Shown: in pieces, positions 1 through 8,273 of the stretch
How positions within the stretch are numbered: position 1 is the stretch's first letter
How the letters are laid out: every line of letters begins with the position of its first letter
DNA from: Vibrio vulnificus CMCP6
Lineage (GTDB): Bacteria; Pseudomonadota; Gammaproteobacteria; Enterobacterales; Vibrionaceae
Assembly: GCF_000039765.1 (NCBI RefSeq)
Contig: NC_004460.2
Coordinates: forward strand, 780,001 to 812,000
Length of the DNA: 32,000 bases
Reading direction: 5' to 3'
The notes under the pieces: generated by a model
What the model saw: the letters and a program-made list of their open reading frames with translations, nothing else
Told to the model about the DNA's origin: nothing
Databases searched by the model: none
Translations under genes and position numbers: made by a program

Positions 1-403
1 TATAGCCGCCCCAAAACGCCAGTTGGCCTTGTTGCCACTCGCAACCACTGGCACCAAGAAGTCCAACAGGAGGAGGGGTTTGTATTGCTTGCCAACACCA
101 TAATTCAGCATTGAAGAAATACCCATCCATCAGTACTTGTGTAGTTACAGTAGCCTCTGGTTGGCCTGCCCCCGAGAAAACGTAAAGACCATCAGCAACG
201 GCAATGCAGACCGCATCGTTTCGCCGGCAACCGGGAAATTCAGGGGCGAGTTGCCACCCCCGCTCTCGCTTTGAATCTTCTAAGTAGAACAACTGCTGAC
301 CAGCACTGCCTAAGCCAATAAAAATACGATCGCCGACTCTTGCCGCAATGCCATTCTTGATGCCAATGGGTAAAGCGGGAAATGTTTCACGAATATTGAG
401 CAT
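1..403 (-). CDS. Kelch-repeat beta-propeller protein, a NanM (sialic-acid mutarotase) paralogue with no signal peptide. Only the N-terminal part is present; the gene runs off the left edge of the window.
   Basis: Hand translation of the - strand from the ATG at 403..401 stays open to position 1: MLNIRETFPALPIGIKNGIAARVGDRIFIGLGSAGQQLFYLEDSKRERGWQLAPEFPG...GLLGASGCEWQQGQLAFWGGY. An SD-like AGGAAGGG lies just upstream, and the ATG is 12 nt after the nanM stop. The sequence aligns from its first residues with mature NanM (NNHWPDLPIGVKNGVSAQIGSKVYVGLGSAEKSFYVLD). It is absent from the ORF track because it is open-ended. Confidence 0.7.
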   Translation of the reverse strand, partial: MLNIRETFPALPIGIKNGIAARVGDRIFIGLGSAGQQLFYLEDSKRERGWQLAPEFPGCRRNDAVCIAVADGLYVFSGAGQPEATVTTQVLMDGYFFNAELWCWQAIQTPPPVGLLGASGCEWQQGQLAFWGGY

Positions 404-414
404 AACCCTTCCTG

Positions 415-1569
415 CTAATCGACGATGTCTATTTGGTTATTGTTGAGGCCAACAAGGTACACTTTGGTGCTCGCAGTGCGATCGGCCCGTTCTCCACCCA
501 CCATCAATACACCGCCTTTAACACTGAATGATGCGCCATAAGCCAATCCTTCAGGCAGTTGACCCACTTGTTGCCAAACGCCTTTTTGCTTGGCGTATAT
601 TTCGCTGTTGTAAGCTTTACTCAAACCGTTGTGCGCGAACATCTGGCCCGATTCAAACTGTGCTTTCGCGCCATGAAAATTTGCACCACCCGCGACGAGA
701 AGGGTGTTACTCACCACTCCAGAATATGCTCCTGCAATTCCTTCTTGTTGCGCTTGTCCCTTGGCCGCTGGCAGAGCATAGGTACTTTGCCATGGCTGCA
801 ATTCACCGTAAGTAAAGGTTTTTACTTCCGCGGTTCTCAAACCTGGTTTGATTTCGCCAGAAATGAGCGTGATACTCGGGCCGTCAATGACTGTTGCACT
901 GCCACAATTAGGAAGATAGGGAGAGCGAGTCACAACGTCCCATTTATCGTTAGTAGGATTAAAACTCAGAACATCGCGATTCCATTGATACGCTAACGGC
1001 TCCATCCCCATGTAATCATCGACAATTTTCTGCCATTGTTCAGGCTGAGCTTTCTTATCCGTTCGAGTAATGTCAGCAAGGTACTTATCAAACAACGGTT
1101 TACTGTAACCACCGAAAAACAGCACCTGTTTACCATCAGGCGAATAAGAAGAAGCACCAAGTAGCCCAACAGGTGTTTGAGTTTTCACTTGATGCCAGCG
1201 GTTCGTCTGGGTATCAAAGCGATAAACCGTATCAAAAATAATGGGGGAACTTGCGTCATCAGACGCTTTGCCCGAACCACCAAAAACAAAAATGTTTTCA
1301 CCAACCACAGTTGCAGTCGCGCCGCTGCGTTCCGAACCAATAAACTCAGCAAGCAATGTCCAACCGTTTTGCGGCGCTTGGGTGTCCAGAACATAAAAGG
1401 ATTTTTCTGCCGAACCTAAACCAACATAAACCTTGCTGCCTATTTGGGCGCTAACCCCATTTTTTACCCCTATGGGCAGATCTGGCCAGTGATTGTTCGC
1501 TAACGCCATATGAGAGAGTAAAGAGGAAGAAGCCAGCAGCGGTAACAGTAAGTACTTTGTTTTCATCAT
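415..1569 (-). CDS. nanM: N-acetylneuraminate epimerase/mutarotase, a periplasmic Kelch beta-propeller (YjhT/NanM family)
   Basis: 384-aa ORF with a signal peptide (MMKTKYLLLPLLASSSLLSHMALA). It has repeated Kelch-like blades (VYVGLG, IFVFGG, VLFFGG, LLVAGG, VLMVGG) and lies in a nan cluster. Confidence 0.85.
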   Translation of the reverse strand: MMKTKYLLLPLLASSSLLSHMALANNHWPDLPIGVKNGVSAQIGSKVYVGLGSAEKSFYVLDTQAPQNGWTLLAEFIGSERSGATATVVGENIFVFGGSGKASDDASSPIIFDTVYRFDTQTNRWHQVKTQTPVGLLGASSYSPDGKQVLFFGGYSKPLFDKYLADITRTDKKAQPEQWQKIVDDYMGMEPLAYQWNRDVLSFNPTNDKWDVVTRSPYLPNCGSATVIDGPSITLISGEIKPGLRTAEVKTFTYGELQPWQSTYALPAAKGQAQQEGIAGAYSGVVSNTLLVAGGANFHGAKAQFESGQMFAHNGLSKAYNSEIYAKQKGVWQQVGQLPEGLAYGASFSVKGGVLMVGGERADRTASTKVYLVGLNNNQIDIVD

Positions 1570-1638
1570 TGTTTTTATTCCCTTATTGATGTGAATCCAA
1601 TCTTGATTGATTAAGATTTATCCTAATTATCGATTAAT

Positions 1639-1685
1639 GAAAAAATATTTCTTTGATCAAACTTTCAATAAAAATATTTTTTATT
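1639..1685. promoter_or_regulatory. Two AT-rich near-palindromic boxes (core AAAAATATTT) in the nanM upstream region; candidate operator or UP element
   Basis: GAAAAAATATTTCTTT at 1639-1654 and ATAAAAATATTTTTTATT at 1668-1685. A near-identical box, AAAAAATATTTTTATTTT, occurs at 6491-6508 in the other nan promoter region. Confidence 0.3.
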
Positions 1686-1703
1686 AATTAAGTTAAGAAA
1701 AGA

Positions 1704-1735
1704 TTCAAAAAAGGCTTACTCATAAGTAAGCCTTT
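1704..1735 (-). terminator. Rho-independent terminator after nanR
   Basis: An 11-bp stem, AAAGGCTTACT (1710-1720) with AGTAAGCCTTT (1725-1735), and loop CATA. On the - strand it is followed by TTTTTTGAATC. It begins 20 nt after the nanR stop. Confidence 0.8.
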
Positions 1736-1754
1736 GATAAGGAAATAAAGTTTA

Positions 1755-2591
1755 TTAATTTGCCATTAAAGGAATGACTACTTCTGCTGTTTCTTGCACC
1801 GAGTCTTTGTATTCCGGGTAGCTCTCTAATAAAGAGTTGACCAACACGTCCACTAAGAGCAGCGCGCCGACTTTCGAGGCAAAAGCACCACCTGTTAGTG
1901 GCCCTTCTGGTCTTGCAGCCACCAGCATTTCAGTTGAGAGAGAAGAGAGCGGGCTGTGATTGATGTTTGTCAGAGAAACGACGGGAATATCACGCTTATA
2001 CGCAAGCCCAGCGGCATGAATGACTTCTTTCGTCGAACCTGAACTGGAAACAGCAAACCACAGATCACCTTGACTTGAGCGGCTTGCACTCATTGCGGCT
2101 AAATGGGTATCTTCAAACATGATCGCTTTCTTACCGATACGTATAAGGCGATAGGCGAGGTAACGCCCAACAATGCTCGACGCTCCAACACCAATGCACC
2201 CAATAAACTCGGCTTGATGAACCCGTTCAACAATGCGGGCCAATGATTTACGATCGATAAGTTTTGCTGTGTCTTGCAGGCTGTCTACCGCGCTTTGCGC
2301 AGACACATCGCAAATGTCACCTTCGATATGATTTTGCTGACGACTTTCGGTTTGGCTCAAATCAACGGCAAGCGCCATACGAAAATCGGAATAGCCCTTG
2401 TAGCCCATGTCGCGACATAAGCGTACGACTGTCGCTTCACTGGTTTGTGTGTTGCGAGCAAGATCCGTGATGGTTTGAAACTGCACATCATGCGCATTTT
2501 CCAAAATGTAGTCCGCCACAACACGCAGTTTCTTACTAAATGGTTCCATGTTGGAACGAAGTCGGACTAATAAATTTTTCGGCGAACCCAC
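1755..2591 (-). CDS. nanR: RpiR-family transcriptional repressor of the nan genes (HTH plus SIS domain)
   Basis: 278-aa ORF with a GTG start preceded by AAGGGG. It has an N-terminal RpiR HTH (TITDLARNTQTSEATVVRLCRDMGY) and a C-terminal SIS domain (FIGCIGVGASSIVGRYLAYRL...AVSSSGSTKE). It lies directly downstream of nanA, as in the V. vulnificus nan cluster. Confidence 0.85.
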   Translation of the reverse strand: MGSPKNLLVRLRSNMEPFSKKLRVVADYILENAHDVQFQTITDLARNTQTSEATVVRLCRDMGYKGYSDFRMALAVDLSQTESRQQNHIEGDICDVSAQSAVDSLQDTAKLIDRKSLARIVERVHQAEFIGCIGVGASSIVGRYLAYRLIRIGKKAIMFEDTHLAAMSASRSSQGDLWFAVSSSGSTKEVIHAAGLAYKRDIPVVSLTNINHSPLSSLSTEMLVAARPEGPLTGGAFASKVGALLLVDVLVNSLLESYPEYKDSVQETAEVVIPLMAN

Positions 2592-2664
2592 ATAAGCCCC
2601 TTTGTATTCGCAAATTTCTGCTTAAAAGTATCAAAAGCCACTGGTTTTTAATACCTTAATCATA

Positions 2665-2691
2665 AAAAAGAGGTGCGAGGCACCTCTTTTT
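2665..2691 (-). terminator. Terminator-like hairpin between nanA and nanR; T-runs on both strands
   Basis: AAAAAGAGGTGC (2665-2676) pairs with GCACCTCTTTTT (2680-2691) around loop GAG. The structure starts 8 nt after the nanA stop. Confidence 0.7.
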
Positions 2692-2698
2692 ATGAAAA

Positions 2699-3598
2699 CT
2701 ACAGATTAAGAAAATCCGCATCGCGCATTTTCGCCACGACATCGGCTTTTTGTTGCGCAGTGAGCGCTCGAATTGGCAAACGCGGATCACCAGCATCAAT
2801 GCCGTGTAATTGCATCGCGGCTTTCCCTGCCGCAACGCCACCGTATTCAACCAAGACGCGGATCAATGCGATCACTTTATCCATCAACGCCTGAACTTCA
2901 CTATGTTTCCCTTGGTTGAACGCCTCAATGATCTTCAGATACAGTGGCGCAGCGTAATTGTACGTGCTGCCAACCGCCCCAATAGCCCCTACGGCAAGCC
3001 CTGCAGGCAAAAATTCATCAACGCCGAATGGAATATCAAACTTACCATTGGATACTCTCAGCGCGCGTTGGTACTCATAAAGATCCACGTTATTAAACTT
3101 GGCGCCAGATAAGTTCGGAATGCGCTGCTCTCCTTGGATGAGGAACTGTTCCAGATCGAGATTCACGCCAGACATTCCTGAGTGGTAGTAATAGAAGCCT
3201 TTTGACGGTGCCGCTTCCGCAATCTGCGCGCAGTAATTGACAAGATCAGCCACGCTGCTCGGTTTGAAAAAGCAAGGCCCGATCGCGGAAGTGGCAAGAA
3301 TATCCAGTGTTTCAGCGTGTCGCGTAAGCTCAAGGGTATCAACGATACTCAGAGCCCCCGTATGAAGAATAATGTCTAACTTACCATCTGCGGCTTTCAC
3401 CCAACGCTCGGCAATCGCTTTTCGCTCTTCAACTGAACAATGTATGCCTTCTCCGGTGGTGCCACATACGTAAGCCCCAGTAACACCTTGTTCAATGAGT
3501 AATGCAGCAATTTGATCGATCACCGCATAGTTCACCTGATTATTGTTATCAAACGGTGTATGAGGAGCGGCGATCAGCCCTTTTAATTTGTTCATCAT
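2699..3598 (-). CDS. nanA: N-acetylneuraminate lyase
   Basis: 299-aa ORF of the class I aldolase/DHDPS family (YVCGTTGEG motif; 298-299 aa is typical). It lies next to the sialic-acid TRAP transporter genes. Confidence 0.9.
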   Translation of the reverse strand: MMNKLKGLIAAPHTPFDNNNQVNYAVIDQIAALLIEQGVTGAYVCGTTGEGIHCSVEERKAIAERWVKAADGKLDIILHTGALSIVDTLELTRHAETLDILATSAIGPCFFKPSSVADLVNYCAQIAEAAPSKGFYYYHSGMSGVNLDLEQFLIQGEQRIPNLSGAKFNNVDLYEYQRALRVSNGKFDIPFGVDEFLPAGLAVGAIGAVGSTYNYAAPLYLKIIEAFNQGKHSEVQALMDKVIALIRVLVEYGGVAAGKAAMQLHGIDAGDPRLPIRALTAQQKADVVAKMRDADFLNL

Positions 3599-3632
3599 CT
3601 TTGTCCTAAAAAATAACCACTATTTTTGTTCG

Positions 3633-4916
3633 TTATTGTCCGTAACCCAAAAGCAGCTCAGGCAATAGCAAGGTGATTTGAGGGAATACCGCCACCAACG
3701 CCAGCACAATAAACAATGGCACCAGAAGAGGAAGTACGCCTCGAGTTAAGGTATGAAATGGAATGTCTCCGACACGTGATACCACATATAAAGCCATGCC
3801 CATTGGTGGCGTGAGAATGCCGATCATCAAGTTCAAAATGGCCATAACACCAAAGTGCACAGGGTCAATCCCGACCGCCGATGCCACTGGGACTAAAAAT
3901 GGAACCAGCAATAGCAATAACGCGAGTGATTCAATGAAGGTTCCCAAAAACAGTAAGAGCAAGTTGATGAGTAGCAGTAGTACCAATGGGTTTTCACTGA
4001 TTGACAAGAAATAATCCGCAAGCATCTGTGGCAATTGCTCACGCGCCACGATCCAGCCAAACACCGTTACCCCCATCACCATCAAGGCAACAACGGCGGT
4101 GGTATTCACGGTTTCGCGAAGAATTTCCACAAACCCCGTCAAGGTCAGCTGTTTGTACACCACGGTACCAAGGAACAGCGCATAAAGAGAGGAAACCACT
4201 GCTGCTTCCGTCGGGGTGAACTTACCCGAAAAGATCCCGCCAATGATGATGACCGGAGTCATTAGAGAAAGAAATGCCTCTTTGAACGATGTGAACTGCT
4301 CTTTTCTCGACGCTTTGGGCAAGGTCATGTAGCCACGTTTCTTACAGATGAAATAGCTCATCACCATCAAAGCCACGCAGCACAAAATGCCTGGTATTGC
4401 ACCGGCTAAAAACAGCGCACCAATCGATGTGTTGGACACTACACCATAAATCACCAATGGCACAGAAGGCGGAACAAGCGGACCAATGATGCACGAGGCC
4501 GCCGTGAGACCACCAGCAAAGTCATCATCGTATTTCGCGTCACGCATCGATTTGATTTCAAGCTGCCCCAAGCCTCCGGCATCGGCAAGCGCAGAGCCAG
4601 ACATACCAGAAAATAGTAAACTCGCCATGATGTTTACATGCCCTAGACTACCTGTGATATGGCCAACCATGGATTTGGCAAAGTTAAAAATTCGCTCAGT
4701 AATACCGGCACTGTTCATCAAATGGCCCGTTAGGACGAAGAATGGTACGGCCAATAACGTAAAATTATCAATGCCGCCCAGCATCTGCTGCGCTGCGAAG
4801 TTAATACCTGTGCTGTTGGTAACAATAAGAAAAACCAACGCCACAAAAATCAGAGAAAAGCCAACTGGCATGCCAGCAAAAAGCAAGCCTAGCCAACCAA
4901 AAATTGAACCAGCCAT
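3633..4916 (-). CDS. siaM: Sialic-acid TRAP transporter, large permease (DctM family)
   Basis: A polytopic membrane ORF. The ORF track starts at GTG 4922, but the ATG at 4916 has correct SD spacing (TAAGGAGTGGTTATG), and the siaQ stop TAA overlaps that SD. This gives 427 aa. Confidence 0.85.
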   Translation of the reverse strand: MAGSIFGWLGLLFAGMPVGFSLIFVALVFLIVTNSTGINFAAQQMLGGIDNFTLLAVPFFVLTGHLMNSAGITERIFNFAKSMVGHITGSLGHVNIMASLLFSGMSGSALADAGGLGQLEIKSMRDAKYDDDFAGGLTAASCIIGPLVPPSVPLVIYGVVSNTSIGALFLAGAIPGILCCVALMVMSYFICKKRGYMTLPKASRKEQFTSFKEAFLSLMTPVIIIGGIFSGKFTPTEAAVVSSLYALFLGTVVYKQLTLTGFVEILRETVNTTAVVALMVMGVTVFGWIVAREQLPQMLADYFLSISENPLVLLLLINLLLLFLGTFIESLALLLLLVPFLVPVASAVGIDPVHFGVMAILNLMIGILTPPMGMALYVVSRVGDIPFHTLTRGVLPLLVPLFIVLALVAVFPQITLLLPELLLGYGQ

Positions 4917-4925
4917 AACCACTCC

Positions 4926-5432
4926 TTACCTTTGCTCTGCATGATTCGACGCGGTAACGACACCGCACTGCTGACGAAATTCCGTCACAATACCGACCAT
5001 TTTTTGTAATTGACGAATCACCATGAAAAGCCCGCCAAGGGGTAAACTGTAGTTCATCCATTTGCTGGACACACCTAAGGTAATCAATTCAAAAAAGGCG
5101 GTTCTTTCCACGTGTTGATAGCCCAAATAAATGATGGCGAATATCGAAACCAATACCGCAGCTTCCAAGGACAACACCAACAAAAGGCGTATTTTTTCTG
5201 GCAACTTATCTGAGAAAAACGTGATATTGACGTGAGTTCCACGTTTGATAGCGATGGCACAGCCAATGAGCGACATATACATAAACAGCACTCGCGCTAA
5301 CTCTTCACTCCATAGTGAAGGATCGTTAAGTAACCAGCGCGTCGCAATTTGCCATGTCAGCACAACAAGAAGAGCAGCCATAAGTGGCACTGTGATGATC
5401 TCTTCTAAATTATCGAAGATCTTGCGTAACAT
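4926..5432 (-). CDS. siaQ: Sialic-acid TRAP transporter, small permease (DctQ family)
   Basis: Hydrophobic ORF with about 4 TM segments. The ORF-track start at 5444 is TTG, while the ATG at 5432 is preceded by GGAG with a 6-nt spacer, giving 168 aa. Confidence 0.8.
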   Translation of the reverse strand: MLRKIFDNLEEIITVPLMAALLVVLTWQIATRWLLNDPSLWSEELARVLFMYMSLIGCAIAIKRGTHVNITFFSDKLPEKIRLLLVLSLEAAVLVSIFAIIYLGYQHVERTAFFELITLGVSSKWMNYSLPLGGLFMVIRQLQKMVGIVTEFRQQCGVVTASNHAEQR

Positions 5433-5443
5433 CTTGGGCTCCA

Positions 5444-5463
5444 AGGCTGGCCGTAGCCAGCCT
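5444..5463 (-). other. GC-rich intercistronic stem-loop between siaP and siaQ
   Basis: AGGCTGGC (5444-5451) pairs with GCCAGCCT (5456-5463) around loop CGTA. No T-run follows on the - strand, and the hairpin abuts the siaQ SD. Confidence 0.6.
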
Positions 5464-5494
5464 GTTTAAACATCAAAGATTCAACCAGCGGTGA

Positions 5495-6459
5495 CTACAT
5501 TGCCGCCAACTTAGACACGATCGGCTGACCAATTTTCTTTTCAAACTCTGAGTAAAGCGGCTGCATGGCTTCACGGAACGGGGCAAGTTCTGGGTAGGTG
5601 ACATTCACACCCTGCGCCTCAAAGAAAGAGATCAGCTCCGCTTCTTGCTTTTTCACCGATGCGGTATGCGCTTCCCCTGTTTGTTTCACCGCGTTAGCGA
5701 CAATTTCACGTTCCTGCTCAGAGAGCTTTTGCCACGTGCTTTCTGAAATCAGCACCATCTGGTCGTTCACGATGTGATTGGTGATCGCCAAGTTGCTTTG
5801 CACCTCGTAGAACTTCATTGTCTTAATGGTTGGCAATGGATTCTCTTGCCCGTCAACTGCATTGGTTTGTAGCGCGAGGTAAACTTCAGAAAATGCCATC
5901 GGTGTTGGTGATGCCCCAGACAACTTAGCGTAATTCAGATTTGGTTTCGCATTCGGCACGCGCAATTTCAGACCTTTAAAATCTGAAATTGACTTCAATG
6001 GACGGTTAGAGGTGGTTTCGCGTGTTCCGTTGTACCAAGTATCTAGCGCACGCCAATTAAACTTGGTTAGCATTTCCTGACGAATGCCTTGGCCAAACTC
6101 GGAATCAAACATGCGGCGTAAATGGTCATAATCACGAGCAACGTAAGGTAAGGTCACCGCTTCTGCTCTTGGGATCCAAAGTCCCATACGGCCAAATTCC
6201 GCGTAAGTGATGTCTAAGTCACCCATAGAGAGCTGCTGTAACATGGCACGGTCGTCGCCCAGTTGCGCACTTGGATATAACGCTAGCTTCAACTCACCCT
6301 TACTCATCTCTTCAACTGTGTCGGCAAGCAGCTTGGCAGAGGTGTATTCCACTGAGCCAACCGACGCTTGCATTCCCATTTTTAACGTCGTTGCAGCATT
6401 CGCAGAAAGGCTCAATCCCACAGTCAGCAAGCGAGTGTAATTCGGTTCATGGTTTTCAT
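5495..6459 (-). pseudogene. siaP: Sialic-acid TRAP periplasmic binding protein (DctP family) with an apparent -1 frameshift inside the signal-peptide coding region
   Basis: The body of the ORF (ATTLKMGMQASVGSVEYTSAKLLADT...SKLAAM) closely resembles V. cholerae SiaP. An ATG at 6459..6457 with an AGGA 8 nt upstream encodes MKTMNRITLAC and then a stop at 6426..6424. The remaining signal peptide, LLTVGLSLSANA, continues in the adjacent frame. Adding one base at 6429-6430 restores a 321-aa protein. Confidence 0.8.
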
Positions 6460-6490
6460 CGCGTGTTCCTTTTCCCTTTGTTTCACCATT

Positions 6491-6508
6491 AAAAAATATT
6501 TTTATTTT
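6491..6508. promoter_or_regulatory. AT-rich near-palindromic box shared with the nanM upstream region
   Basis: AAAAAATATTTTTATTTT lies in the divergent siaP/nanE control region. Compare the boxes at 1639-1654 and 1668-1685. Confidence 0.3.
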
Positions 6509-6578
6509 GTTTGAAAAAAATCTTCGTTATGGATTATTATGGCGATGAAGATTATTTTCAAACCAACTTATTGCAAAA

Positions 6579-6594
6579 TGTGATCGCGAACAGA
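6579..6594. promoter_or_regulatory. Candidate CRP half-site match in the divergent nan promoter region
   Basis: TGTGATCGCGAACAGA compared with the consensus TGTGA-N6-TCACA. The left half is perfect and the right half matches 3 of 5. The site lies roughly midway between the siaP ATG (6459) and the nanE start (6695). Confidence 0.35.
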
Positions 6595-6694
6595 AATTCG
6601 TCAAAACTATCAATTAGCACGGGGACTAACGCTATTTGAAAGGGTGCACAAAACGCGATTTTCCATAGCGCAATACGATACTAAGAGGCCCATC

Positions 6695-7411
6695 GTGAGA
6701 GATAAGCAGTTAAATATTAATAAGTTAAGAACTATGCTTTCCGGCCAGACTGTTGTTTCAATTCAGCCTGTTGTCGGTAGCCCTCTTGATAAAACCGAGT
6801 TCATCGTTGCTATGGCAGTTGCTGCAGAACAAGCCGGAGCTAAGGCACTGCGTATTGAAGGCGTTGAAAACGTACGCCATGTTTCTCAAGCGACCAATGT
6901 ACCAATAATTGGAATTGTGAAACGTGATTTACAGGACAGTCCTGTGCGCATCACACCTTTCGTCTGTGACGTGGATGCTCTAGCGACTGCTGGCGCAACC
7001 ATCATCGCCTTTGATGCGACCGATCGTCAGCGACCAGAGAGCCGAGAAACGATAGCCAACGCAATCAAAAACAGTGGTTGTTTCGCGATGGCAGATTGCT
7101 CTTGCTTCGCGGATGGGCAATGGGCGGCGCAAATAGGGGTCGATATTATTGGCTCAACCTTGTCTGGCTACGTGGGCGAAATTGAACCGACTGAACCCGA
7201 TTTGGAACTGGTGAAACAGTTTTCTTCGGCGGGATTTTTTACCATGGCGGAAGGTCGCTACAACACGCCTCAACTCGCCGCCAAAGCGATTGAAAATGGC
7301 GCTGTCGCGGTGACGGTGGGCTCGGCCATCACACGAATGGAAGTGGTTACTCACTGGTTTAATTCTGCAACACAAGCGGTAAGACAGAATAATGAAAGTA
7401 TTAGCTATTGA
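6695..7411 (+). CDS. nanE: N-acetylmannosamine-6-phosphate 2-epimerase
   Basis: Strong similarity to E. coli NanE (IVSCQPV...SPLDK..., [42 protein letters not shown]). The ORF track starts at 6644, but the in-frame GTG at 6695 follows AAGAGG with a 6-nt spacer and gives an E. coli-like length. The ATG at 6734 is an alternative start. Confidence 0.85.
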
Positions 7412-8273
7412 TATTGGCGGTACAAAAATCGCCTTAGGCAACGTGGTCGAAGGGCATTTGCAGCATCGCAAACAGTTTCCGACCCCTGTTGTCAACGATG
7501 CAACAACCTTAGCGAAAGAGATTCTTGCCCACTGCCAAGCATGGCTAAGCGACGTTGATGCCATCGGTATTTCGACTACCGGGCTTGTCAGCGAACAAGG
7601 GATAAGTGCCATTAATCCAGGCACATTGAGCTTCCCTACGCCTTTTCCTCTGCATAGCGAACTACACAGATTAAGTGGCAAGCCAGTTAAAATGCTCAAT
7701 GATGCTCAAGCGGCTGCCTGGTATGAGTTTTTGCAACTTTCACCTGAACTGGATGTTCGCAATATGGCCTATATCACTGTCTCGACAGGTGTGGGAGGCG
7801 GTTTGGTGATTAACCAACAACTGCATAAGGGTAAGTCAAATTTTGCCGGACATATTGGCCATACGGTGCTTGATCCAAATGGCCCACTTTGTGGCTGCCA
7901 ACAGCGAGGTTGTGTTGAGGCCATCGCCTCTGGAAATGCAATTAACGCAGGCGCTCAAGCCCTTTTTGGCCAAGCGATTTCTAATATCGAACTGTTTCAG
8001 CTTGCTCAACACAATGAACAAGCCTCCACACTCATTCAACAAAGCGCCGAAGCCATCGCCCAGCTCTGCCTAAATTTAAAAGCCACACTGGATCTCGATT
8101 TGGTGGTCATCGGCGGCGGTGTGGGCCTTGCTCGCGGCTACCTCGCTCGTGTACAAGCGTTTATCGACAAACAGCCTCTCGTGTTTCAGGTTAAGGTGAG
8201 AGCGGCAGTTGGCGATTACGACGCATGCTTACTTGGCGCTGCCTTTCAATTTGAGGAGAGTAATCTTTCATGA
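7392..8273 (+). CDS. nanK: N-acetylmannosamine kinase (ROK family)
   Basis: 293 aa with an N-terminal DIGGTK ATP-binding motif and the ROK zinc motif [21 protein letters not shown]. It overlaps the nanE 3' end by 20 nt. Confidence 0.85.

Noticed and set aside
528-996. ORFs of 95 and 145 aa on the + strand, antisense to nanM. Similar antisense ORFs in the track include 4486-4944 (152 aa), 7154-7699 (181 aa), 15213-15617 (134 aa) and 17272-17952 (226 aa).
   Set aside because: All lie entirely inside well-supported genes on the opposite strand. They have low-complexity Arg/Ser/Cys-rich or otherwise unnatural compositions, no SD sequences and no recognisable domains. They are shadow ORFs.
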